DNA from: an uncultured virus (IMG/VR IMGVR_UViG_3300014050_000019) | Lineage: Duplodnaviria > Heunggongvirae > Uroviricota > Caudoviricetes | Length of the DNA: 64,000 bases | Strand: one strand, 5' to 3' | IMG/VR virus record: IMGVR_UViG_3300014050_000019 | Shown: positions 46,953-58,200 of the stretch, piece after piece | How positions within the stretch are numbered: position 1 is the stretch's first letter | How the letters are laid out: every line of letters starts with the position of its first letter | Translations under genes and position numbers: made by a program | The notes under the pieces: generated by a model | The model's database searches: none | What the model was told of the DNA's origin: nothing | The model's input: only the letters and a program-made list of their open reading frames with translations

Positions 46953-47354
46953 TTAGTTGTAATACTCCTGGACTTCCTTTGGAGTTGCTAATCTAAAGCC
47001 GTCCTCCTTATCAAAAATTTCTTGAGCGTATTCTTTGCTCATTGCAATAAATGGGTGTTCTTTTGTGAACGTAAATCCCATAATATCATATCTAAAATTA
47101 TCTCTAGTCATTCTTACTAAAACTGTGTTTTCTGGCTGATCTGCTTTAGGATCAAATTTTGGTAGTACTTCTGTTGCCATATCTTCAGAATCTTCTTTCA
47201 TGTTTTCAATGGTCTTGTTATATACAGACCAAGTTACGCCTTCTTCTGCAAGGGCCGCAATAATGTCAGCTTTATTTTTTAAGCCTTCTGTTTCAACTGC
47301 AAAATCTTCTGCGATTTGCTTTAGCTCTGATACTTTTAATGTCTCAAATGACAT
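46953..47354 (-). CDS. hypothetical protein with Rho-N/HeH-like N-terminus
   Basis: LKVSELKQIA..F.V....KNKADIIAAL; promoter TGcTATAAT at 47382-47390. Confidence 0.6.
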   Translation of the reverse strand: MSFETLKVSELKQIAEDFAVETEGLKNKADIIAALAEEGVTWSVYNKTIENMKEDSEDMATEVLPKFDPKADQPENTVLVRMTRDNFRYDIMGFTFTKEHPFIAMSKEYAQEIFDKEDGFRLATPKEVQEYYN

Positions 47355-47404
47355 ATAAATCTCCTATTTCTACTTATAACAATTATAGCATTATTAAATT
47401 AAAA

Positions 47405-47436
47405 TGAAAAGCCCCCTAAAAATTAATTTAGGGGGC
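47405..47436 (-). terminator. intrinsic terminator after major capsid gene
   Basis: GCCCCCTAAA-6-TTTAGGGGGC then TTTTC. Confidence 0.8.
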
Positions 47437-47461
47437 ATTTCTGAGATCTAAATCCTAATAA

Positions 47462-48505
47462 TTAGGAAGCGACCTTAACGTTCTTTACAACGACCCAAGC
47501 GTCTGCCTGCTCGATTTGGCATCCTACACGAGTATACATTGTGTACTCGATAGAATCCTTACGTGGCCAGAAGAATCGGTAAACGGTTACATCACGCTTG
47601 ATACCAATAACTACGTTATTTGGGAATGTCAAGTGGATATCTCCGTGTGATCCTGTTGGGTTGGAATAATCACCAGTCTGTGTTTCTGGAAGAAGTGGTA
47701 CTTCAACGATTGGAATACCAAATGCAAATGGAGCTACATAGCCAGCTGGACCACCTAGTGGTTCAGTTCCTCCACGGATAATGCTTGATGCAATATCTTG
47801 TGGAATTGTCTGGTTTGTTCCAATGCTGTTCTTGTACAGGAAGTCCTGAATCAAGTTTGATCCTGCTAGGAAGCGAAGATCTCCACGGCGTTGCTTGTAC
47901 TTACGTGGCATTGCCTTAAGAGCCTTGTTAAATGCTTCACGGCTGATTTCTGCGCCGCCGTTATCAACGACACGTCCGTTAGCCTTTGACTTTGCAACTA
48001 CACCCTGGAATGCTGAAAGCAATCCTGTGCCAGTTCCTGTACCGTTAAGGATTACATCCTCAATATCGTTACCTGCCTGTGTTGCCATCAAACGTGCAAT
48101 GTGATCTTCAAGATCTGCACCTTCAATATTGTCTTCTAGAGATTCTGTTGAAAGCTCCCAATCCATGCGGAGTTTCTTTGTTGTTAGAGAGATCTTTGAG
48201 AAAGTAACAGCGGCGTTTGTGCCAGTGTTATCTCCTTCAGCTGCGACAGTCATAAGTCTTTCGCCAACTGACATACGATCAATCTCAGTGGTATCTGCTC
48301 TCATTCGGACAGTACGTGCAACTTTACCAATTACGGTAGCGTCGAACATGTAGTCTAGGAAGCGAGCTGATTGTTCTGGGTTAAGCAATCCACCGTTTCC
48401 GTTTTCGGAAGCACGGTGTACACCTGTTCCACCTGTAGTGGAAGCGAATGTACCTGTAGCTGTTGTATTAGCTGCAATTGCTTTTTCTAATGTTTCATTA
48501 CTCAT
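47462..48505 (-). CDS. major capsid protein (HK97 fold)
   Basis: GGLLNPEQS.RF, ELSTESLEDNIEG, NG.G; follows protease; start likely ATG 48505 behind AGGT RBS. Confidence 0.92.
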   Translation of the reverse strand: MSNETLEKAIAANTTATGTFASTTGGTGVHRASENGNGGLLNPEQSARFLDYMFDATVIGKVARTVRMRADTTEIDRMSVGERLMTVAAEGDNTGTNAAVTFSKISLTTKKLRMDWELSTESLEDNIEGADLEDHIARLMATQAGNDIEDVILNGTGTGTGLLSAFQGVVAKSKANGRVVDNGGAEISREAFNKALKAMPRKYKQRRGDLRFLAGSNLIQDFLYKNSIGTNQTIPQDIASSIIRGGTEPLGGPAGYVAPFAFGIPIVEVPLLPETQTGDYSNPTGSHGDIHLTFPNNVVIGIKRDVTVYRFFWPRKDSIEYTMYTRVGCQIEQADAWVVVKNVKVAS

Positions 48506-48526
48506 TTTATATTTCACCTACCTTTT

Positions 48527-49855
48527 TTAGTTAAAAATTTCGTTCACGGAACCGAGGAAAGAACCGTTCCACTTTGATTTTTTGATTGTTACCTCCTGAG
48601 ACCCGCCAAGGTCTGAGGACTTCTTAATTGCAGTCTCTGATTCTACTGCATCGACACGCTTTTCTACACCATCAATCGTGTTCTTGATGTTTTCTACAGC
48701 CTTTGAAAGGGCTGCGTGTTGTTCTGCCAACTCTGAAATTCGACCATCTACGCTCTTGCTAAATGTTTCAACTGTATCTTTGATAGCTGAAACCTGTGCT
48801 GCATTTGCTTCTGAAGCCTTGTTCAATGTCTCTGAGAAAAATCCCTTAAGATCGCCAAGCATCTTTGCAAAATCAGGTTCATCAACCATAACTTCTGATA
48901 CGTCGGCTGCTTTTTCTAGAGTTTCGGCAGAAGCGTCTGCTACTGCATCTGCAGGAGCTTCTTCAACAGCTGGTGCTTCCTCTACGGGAGCAACTACTGC
49001 TGTGTCTTCTACGGTTGCTTCTGGTGCTACTGCATCTTCAACAACTACGTTTTCTGTATTTTCTGACACTTCTTTACCTCCTTCTATGTCTGCCTGTTTT
49101 GCAATTTGTGTTTCAGGCATTGACAATCTTGATTTTTTATGTAAATCAAGAATCTTATCTATCTCTTTTGCTTTGTTAACATCGTTTGACTCTACCCATC
49201 CGATTAGTGTTGCAGGTTTTCCTGTAACAGGGGAATCATAAGATGTTTCTGTTGAAATGAATACTGAATCAGAATCTACACAATAAAAAATATTTTCTGT
49301 TGAGATTTCTGTTGCCATTCCTTTAAATACTAGCTGACCATTCATTTTAGATATTGATAGAATATTGCAAAGCTCGTTAGCTGGTGAATCTACAATTGAC
49401 AATTCCATTAAAGAATAGTCCTTAATAAATCTTACAGTCTTACCTGTTGCTTTGTTAACTTCATTATCTGATTCAATAATTTTTCCGCCAATAGAAAAAC
49501 CCGCTAGGGTTCCGTCTAAAACTTTTTCCCACGTATCTTGTGCACCTTTAGAAATATATGCATCTACATATACTCCATTAAAAAACTCTTTTGTTGTTGG
49601 ATCATAATATGTTTCTGGCTTAAAAGAAACTACTTTACCAACTGCAACTGGTTGATGCATTTCACGAAGATTGCCACGAAAATTTTCAAACGCCTTGATG
49701 CTTGCTTCAGCAGTGACAACGTCACCAGTCTGGTCAACATTGTCTAATGTCGCAAATCCTGAGACTGTTCTTTTTTCACGGTTAACTTTGGTAAATGGCA
49801 CGGATAACGTAATGTTGTCGCCATGCGAAGACCAAAGAGATTTCTCAATATTCAT
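48527..49855 (-). CDS. prohead maturation protease fused to scaffold
   Basis: VSGFA...DQTGD, REMH, GFSIGG, ELSIVDSPAN; acidic linker and coiled-coil C-terminus. Confidence 0.9.
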   Translation of the reverse strand: MNIEKSLWSSHGDNITLSVPFTKVNREKRTVSGFATLDNVDQTGDVVTAEASIKAFENFRGNLREMHQPVAVGKVVSFKPETYYDPTTKEFFNGVYVDAYISKGAQDTWEKVLDGTLAGFSIGGKIIESDNEVNKATGKTVRFIKDYSLMELSIVDSPANELCNILSISKMNGQLVFKGMATEISTENIFYCVDSDSVFISTETSYDSPVTGKPATLIGWVESNDVNKAKEIDKILDLHKKSRLSMPETQIAKQADIEGGKEVSENTENVVVEDAVAPEATVEDTAVVAPVEEAPAVEEAPADAVADASAETLEKAADVSEVMVDEPDFAKMLGDLKGFFSETLNKASEANAAQVSAIKDTVETFSKSVDGRISELAEQHAALSKAVENIKNTIDGVEKRVDAVESETAIKKSSDLGGSQEVTIKKSKWNGSFLGSVNEIFN

Positions 49856-49862
49856 ATGCTTA

Positions 49863-49891
49863 ATTTTATAACGTTATTGTATATAAGGCAA
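49863..49891 (-). promoter_or_regulatory. leaderless promoter for protease-capsid operon
   Basis: TTGCCT-17-TAAAAT, ATG 7 nt downstream. Confidence 0.65.
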
Positions 49892-49908
49892 ATAATGGTT
49901 GAGTAGGG

Positions 49909-51489
49909 TCAGTCGACTTGTCTTCCATCTCCCTGAGTATTTCGACCTTCTCCAGAAATATCGGGTGAATTTGCAGACCTTTCGGAATCTCTATTTCTAG
50001 TTTTTCCAGCCTGTGCTCTAACTTCTGCCTGTTGCTGTGGCTTTAATTGTACTACTTGATCCCCGCCATCAAGAGGAACCATGCCCATTCTAATTCTAAC
50101 TTCATTAGGGGTAATTACCTGCATTCTCAAATATCTCTCATCAATTTTAGACTGAGTATCTTCATCGGTAAGAGTAAGCTCATTAAATTTAAGAAGTAGA
50201 GCATCTGTCATTTCTTCAACAATTTTATTTAATTTCTTTTCTAAATTCATTTGAGCTGGACGGCAAACTTGCTCTCTAAATGTCTTATCGGCATCTCGTG
50301 CTACTGCTAAATTAACTCCTTCTGGAGTTCCAATTTTATTAATTGGAACACGATGAGATAATAGAATTTCATCTCTATTAGATTTACGATATACGTTAAA
50401 TGAAGACTCTTGAGTACCCGCCTCAACTGGCTCCATCTTAAATTCAACCTTAGCGTCTGGAGTATCTGCTGGAAGAGGGATATATAAAGATCTATGGTTT
50501 TTGCCTCTTAGCCCAACCTGGAAAAATTCAAGTAGCTTACGCTCTGACTCTGGAGAAAGTTTTGCTCCCTTTACGGTAATAATATATCTTGGGACAGCCT
50601 TGTTTTCAAAGTAGTCCAAGTTATACTTGCCAGCAAACTCGTTTCCAGCCATAGCATTTGATGAAGCCACAATGTCTGGAATACCATAATAGTTATTTGT
50701 TGGTGTATATTTCTTTAAATGAATAATTTCATTAGGTCTATCTAGTCCGCCTGCAATTGGATTCTCTGTATCTTGATCTCCAAAATTGCGGAAGAATACA
50801 GCCTTGCCATAAAGCAATTGAATGAAGCCATCACGAAGTCTGCGTACACGCATAGTCTTTGCTGGAATATGTCCTATATATCCTATTTTTCCAGAAGATG
50901 TTCTACCAATTTCAATATAGCCATTACCAGTTGCTTCAACATCTGTATATACTTTGATTAAAGTTTCTGTAAATGTTTCTTCTTCATTACAATCTTCTAG
51001 CCAATCATATAGATCTTGACGAAGTCTATTTAGTTTTCTACGTGCTCTTTCTAAAGACTTTTCATCAGTAATATTATCAAAGGCTTCTTGAGTTTTTCTT
51101 GTTTCAATAAAGTCATGTCCAAGACCTACAATGTTAGAAACCTTAGCATTAATTGCTGCATAATTGTATGGTGAAATTTCATAAACAGTTGAAAGATAAT
51201 CTAAATTGTATGGTGGTTCAATAAGATCAAACATTGCATAGCCTGTGATGGCTTGTGCAAGTAGGTTCTGTTGTGTCTGTGTACCGTCAACTCCTTGAAA
51301 TCTTTTTTGAAGTTCACGATTCATTTTTCTTCTAAATGATGGTCCTAGACCAGAAATCTTTGTTAATTCTTCGCCTTCAATTTTAAACAAATCAGTGCTT
51401 GTAGCTTGTGTTGGGGTATTAAATTTCATCCAGTCGGCTACATTAGAGATAGCAATCTCGTTAGAATTTTCGTCTTCAATTTCAATCAT
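49909..51489 (-). CDS. portal protein
   Basis: TGNGYIE, EIIH.K, YYGIP, HRVP, ITPNEVR..G..P..GGD. Confidence 0.93.
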   Translation of the reverse strand: MIEIEDENSNEIAISNVADWMKFNTPTQATSTDLFKIEGEELTKISGLGPSFRRKMNRELQKRFQGVDGTQTQQNLLAQAITGYAMFDLIEPPYNLDYLSTVYEISPYNYAAINAKVSNIVGLGHDFIETRKTQEAFDNITDEKSLERARRKLNRLRQDLYDWLEDCNEEETFTETLIKVYTDVEATGNGYIEIGRTSSGKIGYIGHIPAKTMRVRRLRDGFIQLLYGKAVFFRNFGDQDTENPIAGGLDRPNEIIHLKKYTPTNNYYGIPDIVASSNAMAGNEFAGKYNLDYFENKAVPRYIITVKGAKLSPESERKLLEFFQVGLRGKNHRSLYIPLPADTPDAKVEFKMEPVEAGTQESSFNVYRKSNRDEILLSHRVPINKIGTPEGVNLAVARDADKTFREQVCRPAQMNLEKKLNKIVEEMTDALLLKFNELTLTDEDTQSKIDERYLRMQVITPNEVRIRMGMVPLDGGDQVVQLKPQQQAEVRAQAGKTRNRDSERSANSPDISGEGRNTQGDGRQVD

Positions 51490-51824
51490 CTTAAACCACC
51501 CAATTTTTTCATTTCATCTTTATAGCTTCCAATATCCAAAGGATCTGGAACTAGTCCCCACTTAAGTCTTTGTTGCTGCTCTTCGTATTCTTCGTCGTTA
51601 ATCTTTCGTCGTGCTGAAAGAAATTTAGGCCCGCCCTCATATATACCAAATGAGCGAACTTCTCTAGCCAAAGCATCGATTCTGGATCTATTTCCTTTTC
51701 TGGACGTGACCGAAAGAAAGTTCCCATCGTCATCCCCAATCCAACGTCCATCTGGCATTTCCCAGACATAGATTCCCAAAGTAGACTCTTCTACCTCTGT
51801 CTGTCGGACATTTTTAATATTCAT
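51486..51824 (-). CDS. hypothetical protein coupled to portal
   Basis: ATGA overlap with portal; leaderless promoter TGGACT-17-TAAAAT at 51833-51861. Confidence 0.65.
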   Translation of the reverse strand: MNIKNVRQTEVEESTLGIYVWEMPDGRWIGDDDGNFLSVTSRKGNRSRIDALAREVRSFGIYEGGPKFLSARRKINDEEYEEQQQRLKWGLVPDPLDIGSYKDEMKKLGGLR

Positions 51825-51887
51825 AGAAGTTTATTTTACCATTACTTACTGTCTAAGTCCAGCTTTTTGTCATGCAATGTGACAAAA

Positions 51888-53633
51888 TTAAAGGCTTTGT
51901 AGCACAACCCAGTCATTATCATAGTACTCTGAAGCTAATTCTGTAATTTGAATGGCTGGATCAGATACTGATGCTGAAGGTCTGCCACAATATAAATTAA
52001 AATGGGTTAAAGCCTCTGAAGACGTAATAGATCTATTATATATTGCTATATTATTATATAAATTATCTGGGCCACCAGAGACCTGATAATTAAATTGAAG
52101 TATTCCAGTTACTGGTGAACTAAATACTAGGACTATATGATGTGGCTCTCCTGCTACTAAGAAATTGCTTATATTGGTCTGTGAGGTCTTATCTACCCCA
52201 TTGACGTAAACTTTGCTTATAGAGGCCTTAGAGACCGTTCCTGACCCATTCCAGGCATACTTTGTGCCAGTAGTAGATTCAAAGAATAATGTGTTTGCCC
52301 CTGTTGTTTTAGGAGTAAAAAATAACTCTACTGTATTTATGTTTAATCCAGTATTGATATTAAATCCATATCCTGATGCTGGCCTAATTCCATTTGTATA
52401 ATGTCTAATAAGTGGAGAGTAATTTACAGACCCCACGCTAAAAGGATTAGATGAGTTAATATAGTTATTTGAATTATCTGAATATACTAAAGACTCTCTA
52501 TAAAATTTAATGGCAAAGAAAGATAGCCTTGGAAGAAATTTGCTGGCATCTGTTGTAGACATGGTAATTCTTGTATATAGAATACCGCTTGAATTAAATG
52601 ATCCCGCCTTATATTGAGGTATAGAATCTCCATTAACACATGGCAAATATGTAGCTCCGTCCACGCTTGTTTCAACCGTAATACCTAAATCATTGCGCCA
52701 TTCAATTTTAGAATTAGTCAATCCACTCTCTGTTGGAATAAATATAAAATCATTAATTATAAGAGTTCTGGGGGTTGATGTTTCTGTTGGAATAAAAGAT
52801 ATATATTTATTTTGTTCATCATAGTATGTATTTGAGTCTAGTAACTCTTTCCAGTTTCTAGATATTCCATAAATATATTCAAAGTCGATTCTGTTGTTTG
52901 CATCTGAGCAGGAGAAGAGTTGACCTTGTTCTGGATGAACTACGTGTATAGGTTGTATATAAAAGTTAGCGTCATTATAGTGTCTAGCAATTGATGTTGT
53001 TGGAAGACCATATCTGTATACCGCAGGAGCATCTACTATAAAGGAATCTCCAGCATCTGATGTTGGACCAATTTGAAGGTCTAAAGCAGTGTTTGTAAAT
53101 TTAAAATTTGAATCTATAGACTTTACTGCAACTTGCTTGCCATCGATAAAAAGCTTAATTGAATCTACTGAATATACTCCAGCAATATGTAGAGCTTTCT
53201 TTGAATATGAAAGTGCCCATCGTACCTGCTCTGTATTGGAAACCTTAAATATAATATCTCCCTTTTCCCAATATAAACCAATGTTATCTGTTGGGTCGGC
53301 AAATAGAGTTGTAAGATTTGTAGATTGAATTGATGGGCTTATCCAAAGTTCTACTGTAAAGTCATTATCTGATGAGTACTTATTTCCAAGTCCGTTTGAA
53401 ACAGATGAGCCATAAAAGTCTTTTGATGTTGGTACTGTTATATAAGCAGTATTGGTTATTTTAGTTCCTGATACCCCGCCTGGAATTAAAGGTAACATAT
53501 TGCTAGCAGGTGCTCCTACATATGTAGCATTATTTCCACATCCAGAAATGTCTGTTGCGGTTGTACCTGAAGATTCATCTAGTGGCCAAAAGCCAATCGG
53601 ATAATCTTTTATTACTTTTAGTTGATAGCTCAT
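51888..53633 (-). CDS. LamG/concanavalin-like domain virion protein
   Basis: GFWPLDE.SGT.A.D.SG, FTVELWI, LFIDG; second LamG-like unit at C-terminus; leaderless TATAAT at 53640-53645. Confidence 0.8.
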   Translation of the reverse strand: MSYQLKVIKDYPIGFWPLDESSGTTATDISGCGNNATYVGAPASNMLPLIPGGVSGTKITNTAYITVPTSKDFYGSSVSNGLGNKYSSDNDFTVELWISPSIQSTNLTTLFADPTDNIGLYWEKGDIIFKVSNTEQVRWALSYSKKALHIAGVYSVDSIKLFIDGKQVAVKSIDSNFKFTNTALDLQIGPTSDAGDSFIVDAPAVYRYGLPTTSIARHYNDANFYIQPIHVVHPEQGQLFSCSDANNRIDFEYIYGISRNWKELLDSNTYYDEQNKYISFIPTETSTPRTLIINDFIFIPTESGLTNSKIEWRNDLGITVETSVDGATYLPCVNGDSIPQYKAGSFNSSGILYTRITMSTTDASKFLPRLSFFAIKFYRESLVYSDNSNNYINSSNPFSVGSVNYSPLIRHYTNGIRPASGYGFNINTGLNINTVELFFTPKTTGANTLFFESTTGTKYAWNGSGTVSKASISKVYVNGVDKTSQTNISNFLVAGEPHHIVLVFSSPVTGILQFNYQVSGGPDNLYNNIAIYNRSITSSEALTHFNLYCGRPSASVSDPAIQITELASEYYDNDWVVLQSL

Positions 53634-53648
53634 AATTTTATTATACTA

Positions 53649-55229
53649 TTAAAATGTAATTGTGCCAGTTCCAGCTGTAAAGCGATATACACGATATCCT
53701 GAACGAGTTGGTTGATCATATGTTAGACCAGCAGATATTGTTGCAGGAACAACAGTATTTGGATAAGCAATAATTATTACGCCATCACTGCCTGTGCCAC
53801 CAATATAGGAAGGGTTATTGCCGTCTCCGCCGCCGCCTCCACCGCCTGAACCTCGATTAGCTGGACTTGCATTATTTCCATTTCCAGATCCAACTGTTCC
53901 ATTTCCACCTATGCCACTTCCTCCAATTCCAGCAGTATAGCCACCACGTACTCCAGCCCCTCCACCTGCGGCATAATACAATGAGGTTCCAGTAATTGAG
54001 TTTGCTGTTCCAGCTCCTCCATTACCACCATAACCTGTTGCTGGTTGACTACCAGCTGCTGCTGATCCTCCTCCACCGCCGCCGCCAAAAGAAACGGAAG
54101 TGCCACCTGATGCTTCTGGATTTCCACCAGAATTACCTTGCCCAGATATTCCAGTTCCAGGTGATACCGTGTAGTTTCCTCCTCCGCCTGAAGCACCATC
54201 TGCATCACTTAATTTTCCACCAGATTGATTGCTTACTCCACCGCCTCCACCAAATGCGGTAACCGTTGTGAATCCACTACCTGATATTACAGAGTTTCCA
54301 CCTTTGCTTCCAGAGCTTGGAGTACTAGTTGATTGCTGACGACCTGTTCCACCTGTACCTATGGATAACGTATATACCGTACCAGGTGTAAATGATGTTG
54401 AAGAATTATATAAGTATCCACCTGCTCCTCCACCGCCTCCTCCAGTTGTATTACCATTAGATCCTCCGCCACCACCGCCACCAATTACTAAGACTTCTGC
54501 TGTTGATATAGGCAATAATGCGGCTGAAGTAATACTAAAAGATCTTGGAATTGTATTAACTCCATCCGAAGCATTAATTGTAAATGTATATGTTGTATTT
54601 GATGCTATGTCTGGAAGTGTTCCTGAAATTAATCCTGTTGAAGAATTTAATGTTATACCAGAAGGAAGAGAGGAGCCATTTGCTAAAGAATAAGCAATTG
54701 TAGAATCTGAATCTGTTGCTGTTGCTGATAAAGAAATAGAAACTTGTTCAATAAAAGAACCTAATGATCCACTTGCTGTTTGCCATACTGGGCTTGCATT
54801 TACATATAATGCATCTGGAAGTAGTCCAAAAAGATTAGATGGGTTAGTTACTTTAATGTCATATGGTTCTAATGTGTTTGATAAACCAGTAAATGTTGCT
54901 GTTACTTGCACTAAAGAATTGAATATAGTTGATGTTGCTTGAACTTCAACACCATTGGATCCAACTGCTGAAGCAATTGCTCCAGAAACAAAATTTGTTC
55001 CCTGAATTGTAATAATTCCTGAATTTGTTGCCTCTGAATAATTTCCTGTAATTGAAGCTACTCCAGGAACTTCTTGTACAATGTTTTCCCAACTATTACC
55101 TGATGTAAATAGCTCTAGTCTGGCTGTTTCACCATTAAAATATGGTTGTCCAGTATTTGGATTTGCGGGACGACCTGCAGTATTACCAAAGGGTATTCCT
55201 CCTAATGAAGAAGATCTAATTGGTGCCAT
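53649..55229 (-). CDS. virion accessory protein with Ig-like domains and glycine-rich C-terminal domain
   Basis: ITIQGTNF (IPT-like), SLPSGITLNSSTGLISGT (He_PIG-like), poly-Gly domain ending GSDGVIIIAY...YRFTAG. Confidence 0.8.
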   Translation of the reverse strand: MAPIRSSSLGGIPFGNTAGRPANPNTGQPYFNGETARLELFTSGNSWENIVQEVPGVASITGNYSEATNSGIITIQGTNFVSGAIASAVGSNGVEVQATSTIFNSLVQVTATFTGLSNTLEPYDIKVTNPSNLFGLLPDALYVNASPVWQTASGSLGSFIEQVSISLSATATDSDSTIAYSLANGSSLPSGITLNSSTGLISGTLPDIASNTTYTFTINASDGVNTIPRSFSITSAALLPISTAEVLVIGGGGGGGSNGNTTGGGGGGAGGYLYNSSTSFTPGTVYTLSIGTGGTGRQQSTSTPSSGSKGGNSVISGSGFTTVTAFGGGGGVSNQSGGKLSDADGASGGGGNYTVSPGTGISGQGNSGGNPEASGGTSVSFGGGGGGGSAAAGSQPATGYGGNGGAGTANSITGTSLYYAAGGGAGVRGGYTAGIGGSGIGGNGTVGSGNGNNASPANRGSGGGGGGGDGNNPSYIGGTGSDGVIIIAYPNTVVPATISAGLTYDQPTRSGYRVYRFTAGTGTITF

Positions 55230-58200
55230 TATCCTGCCCTCCAGCCATATGTTGAACCTGTATAAATTAATACCATTGCTCCGCCATTAACATCTACAAT
55301 AGCATCTTGAACACTACCATTAATTTTACCACCATTTGAACTGATTGTCACATTGTTTGTTCCCGCCAAATTGGATGCGTCAAATACTTGAATTTCATCG
55401 CCTAATGATGGGGAAGCTGGAAGAGTAAGAGTTCTAACTGCACTTGTATTTACAAAATATTTAGAATTAGAAGATAATGCTGTATTAGAAGAAATAGAGA
55501 ATGGTGTTAATCCTCCGCCAGATATAGGAGATCCATTTACAGTAATTGCTGTAGCATCAAGTGCTCCTGTTGAGGTAATTTTAGCTAATACTGTTCCACT
55601 ACTATTTTGCCATTCAGTAAGGTTGGCAGTTTGTGAGGCTGCACCTTTGATTTTAAGGGGTATATGCCCAGCATCTCGGTTAACAAGTTGAAAACCTTCG
55701 TTGTTGCCTGTGTATAAATAAGTACCTAAACTGGATAAAGAATCCAAATATGAAACATGCATATTTCCATTAACTTGCATATTAGCAATTACCGCACCTG
55801 TTGAATCCTGCCACTCTTGTAGATTTGCAGTTTGACCTGATGCGCCACGAACAACTACGGGAACAACCGTAGCATTTCCACCACTACCAAAGGCAGTTAA
55901 TACGCTTGAAATTGTTCCAATACCAAAACCGTTTGAGTTGCCACCAATTTGACGATAGGCACTGCCATTTACAAATCCAGCACTATCAACATTTGCAAGT
56001 ACAGTCCCAGCACTGTTCTGCCATTCCTGAAGATTAGCAGTTTGTGAAGAAGCGCCCTTTGCCACAAGTGGAACAATTGTGCTATTGAGTGCAACAACGC
56101 CAAGTGTCGTTGAAGATAAATTAGAAAGAGTTCCAAATGAACCAGCCCAAGATGTATTAAATGCGCCTGTTGATTGAATTTTAGCCAGTACATTACCACT
56201 ACTGTCCCGCCATTGTTGTAAATCTGCTGTCTGGGAGGTAACTCCATCAACGTATAAAACAACACTTGCTGCTGAGTTTGTTGTTATGTAACCGCCTGCT
56301 AATGCTCTTGTCACACCATATTGATTAACTGCTAATTGCGTTGAGCCGCTTGAGTTTTGAACTTCAAAAACATTAGCAGTTTGGGAGGCTATTGCCTTTA
56401 CAATTAATCCAATAGTACCAGTAGCCTGAGAAGTAATGGTTGCATTACCAGCAAAAGTCAATGTCTTAGCAGAAAAATCTCCACCGATAAGTGGGGTAGT
56501 TGTATTAGTATTTGCTATGTAAAGTTTGTTAGAACCTGTTTCATAATATCCTGATTCAGTTCCTAAGAAAATATTACCAGAACCAGTTGAATTTGAATAT
56601 CCAGAATTACTTCCTATTACTACGTTGTTACCGCCCGAAATATTTGATTGTAAACTTGCAATTCCAACTGCTGTGTTGCCACTACCAGAAACATTAGATA
56701 TCATCGCTGCAGTACCAATTGCAGTATTACTATATGCATAATTATTGTTTTGTAATGCACCTTGACCAAATGCGGTATTATACCAACCAGTTCTATTGTT
56801 ATATAATGCATTTTGACCAAATGCAGTATTTTGAGTTCCAGATGTATTAAGTTGAAGAGATTGATTTCCAAATGCAGTATTGTAAGTACCAGTGGTGTTT
56901 GAAACAAGTGAATTAAGTCCAACAGATGTATTACTTGAAACCGAGCCAGCACCCATACCAATAACAACACCATTAATGCTTGCATCAACTGCAGAGGTTA
57001 ATTTACCTGTTGGGGATATGGATGCAAGCACCGTTCCAGCAGAGTTCTGCCACTCCTGCAAGTTGGCAGTTTGGGAGGCATGGCCTTTAATAACAGCGCC
57101 AATATCGGTAGCGCCTTGCGATTGAACAAATAGGTATGTCGGAGTTCCTGTAAGATTTCTATTTGTTCCTAATGAAAGAGTTCCAAATTGATCTACTATA
57201 AATTTAGTTGCACCATTAAACCCACCAGCGGTAAAACTTCCATCAAAAGCCACTCTTGCCATTAAAGTACCACTACTATTTTTCCATTCAGTAATATTTG
57301 CAGTTTGACCTGAATTAGACTGTATAGTAAGAGTTGTTCCTCCATAAACGCTGTTAATTACTGTACCGTTAGGACTTAATATTAAAAGAGCTCCGCCAAC
57401 TCTTTGAATCTTCCATTCTCCATTACTTACAATTCCGCCATAAGCCCCTAGTAGTTTTAATACTCCATTTGTTGATGCACCTGTAGTTGTTGCAGACATT
57501 GAAGCAACTGTTGTTGAATCTGGTAGTTGCCATTGTTGTAAGTCTGCCGTTTGCGATGTAGCACCCTTAATTGTCAATCCAACTACTGATGGAAGACTTG
57601 ATGTAATTACATCTCCGCCTGCCTTTGAAACCTTATTGCCAATTGATGTAGCTGTTGTCGTTGCAAAATTTGCATCATTGCCTAGTGCCGTGGCTAATTC
57701 ATTTAATGTATCTAATGTATTTGGGGCAGAGTTAACTAAGTTATTTACTGCTGTTGTAATATCTGAAGTTAGGGCAAGTGTACCTGTGGCATTTGGAAGG
57801 GTTACTGTTATATCGGATGTTACATCTGGTGCTTGAATAGTTAATTCGTTTGCATCCGCCGTTGCGCCTTCAATAATAATTTTGTTCTCTGGAACTATTA
57901 GATTTCCGTCTGCATCTAATGCGGCTGGGCCAGAAGGCTGTCCCAATACATTCAATGGGATATAGTCTCCTAGACTATTTTGTAAATCTCCTGCTAATAC
58001 AAAGTCATTTGATAAATCGTAGTTTTTCCATAGCTCTGTAGTTGAGTCGTATACTAAGGCATTTTTATTCTGTACTTGATTAATTGCAACATTGTGTAAC
58101 TCGTGTAACTCAAAGCCATTCTGAATAGATACAAATATTGATCCTGTATTCTGTTGTCCGCCTCTTACTACAACTCCAAGATATACTAGGTGTGCTGGTG

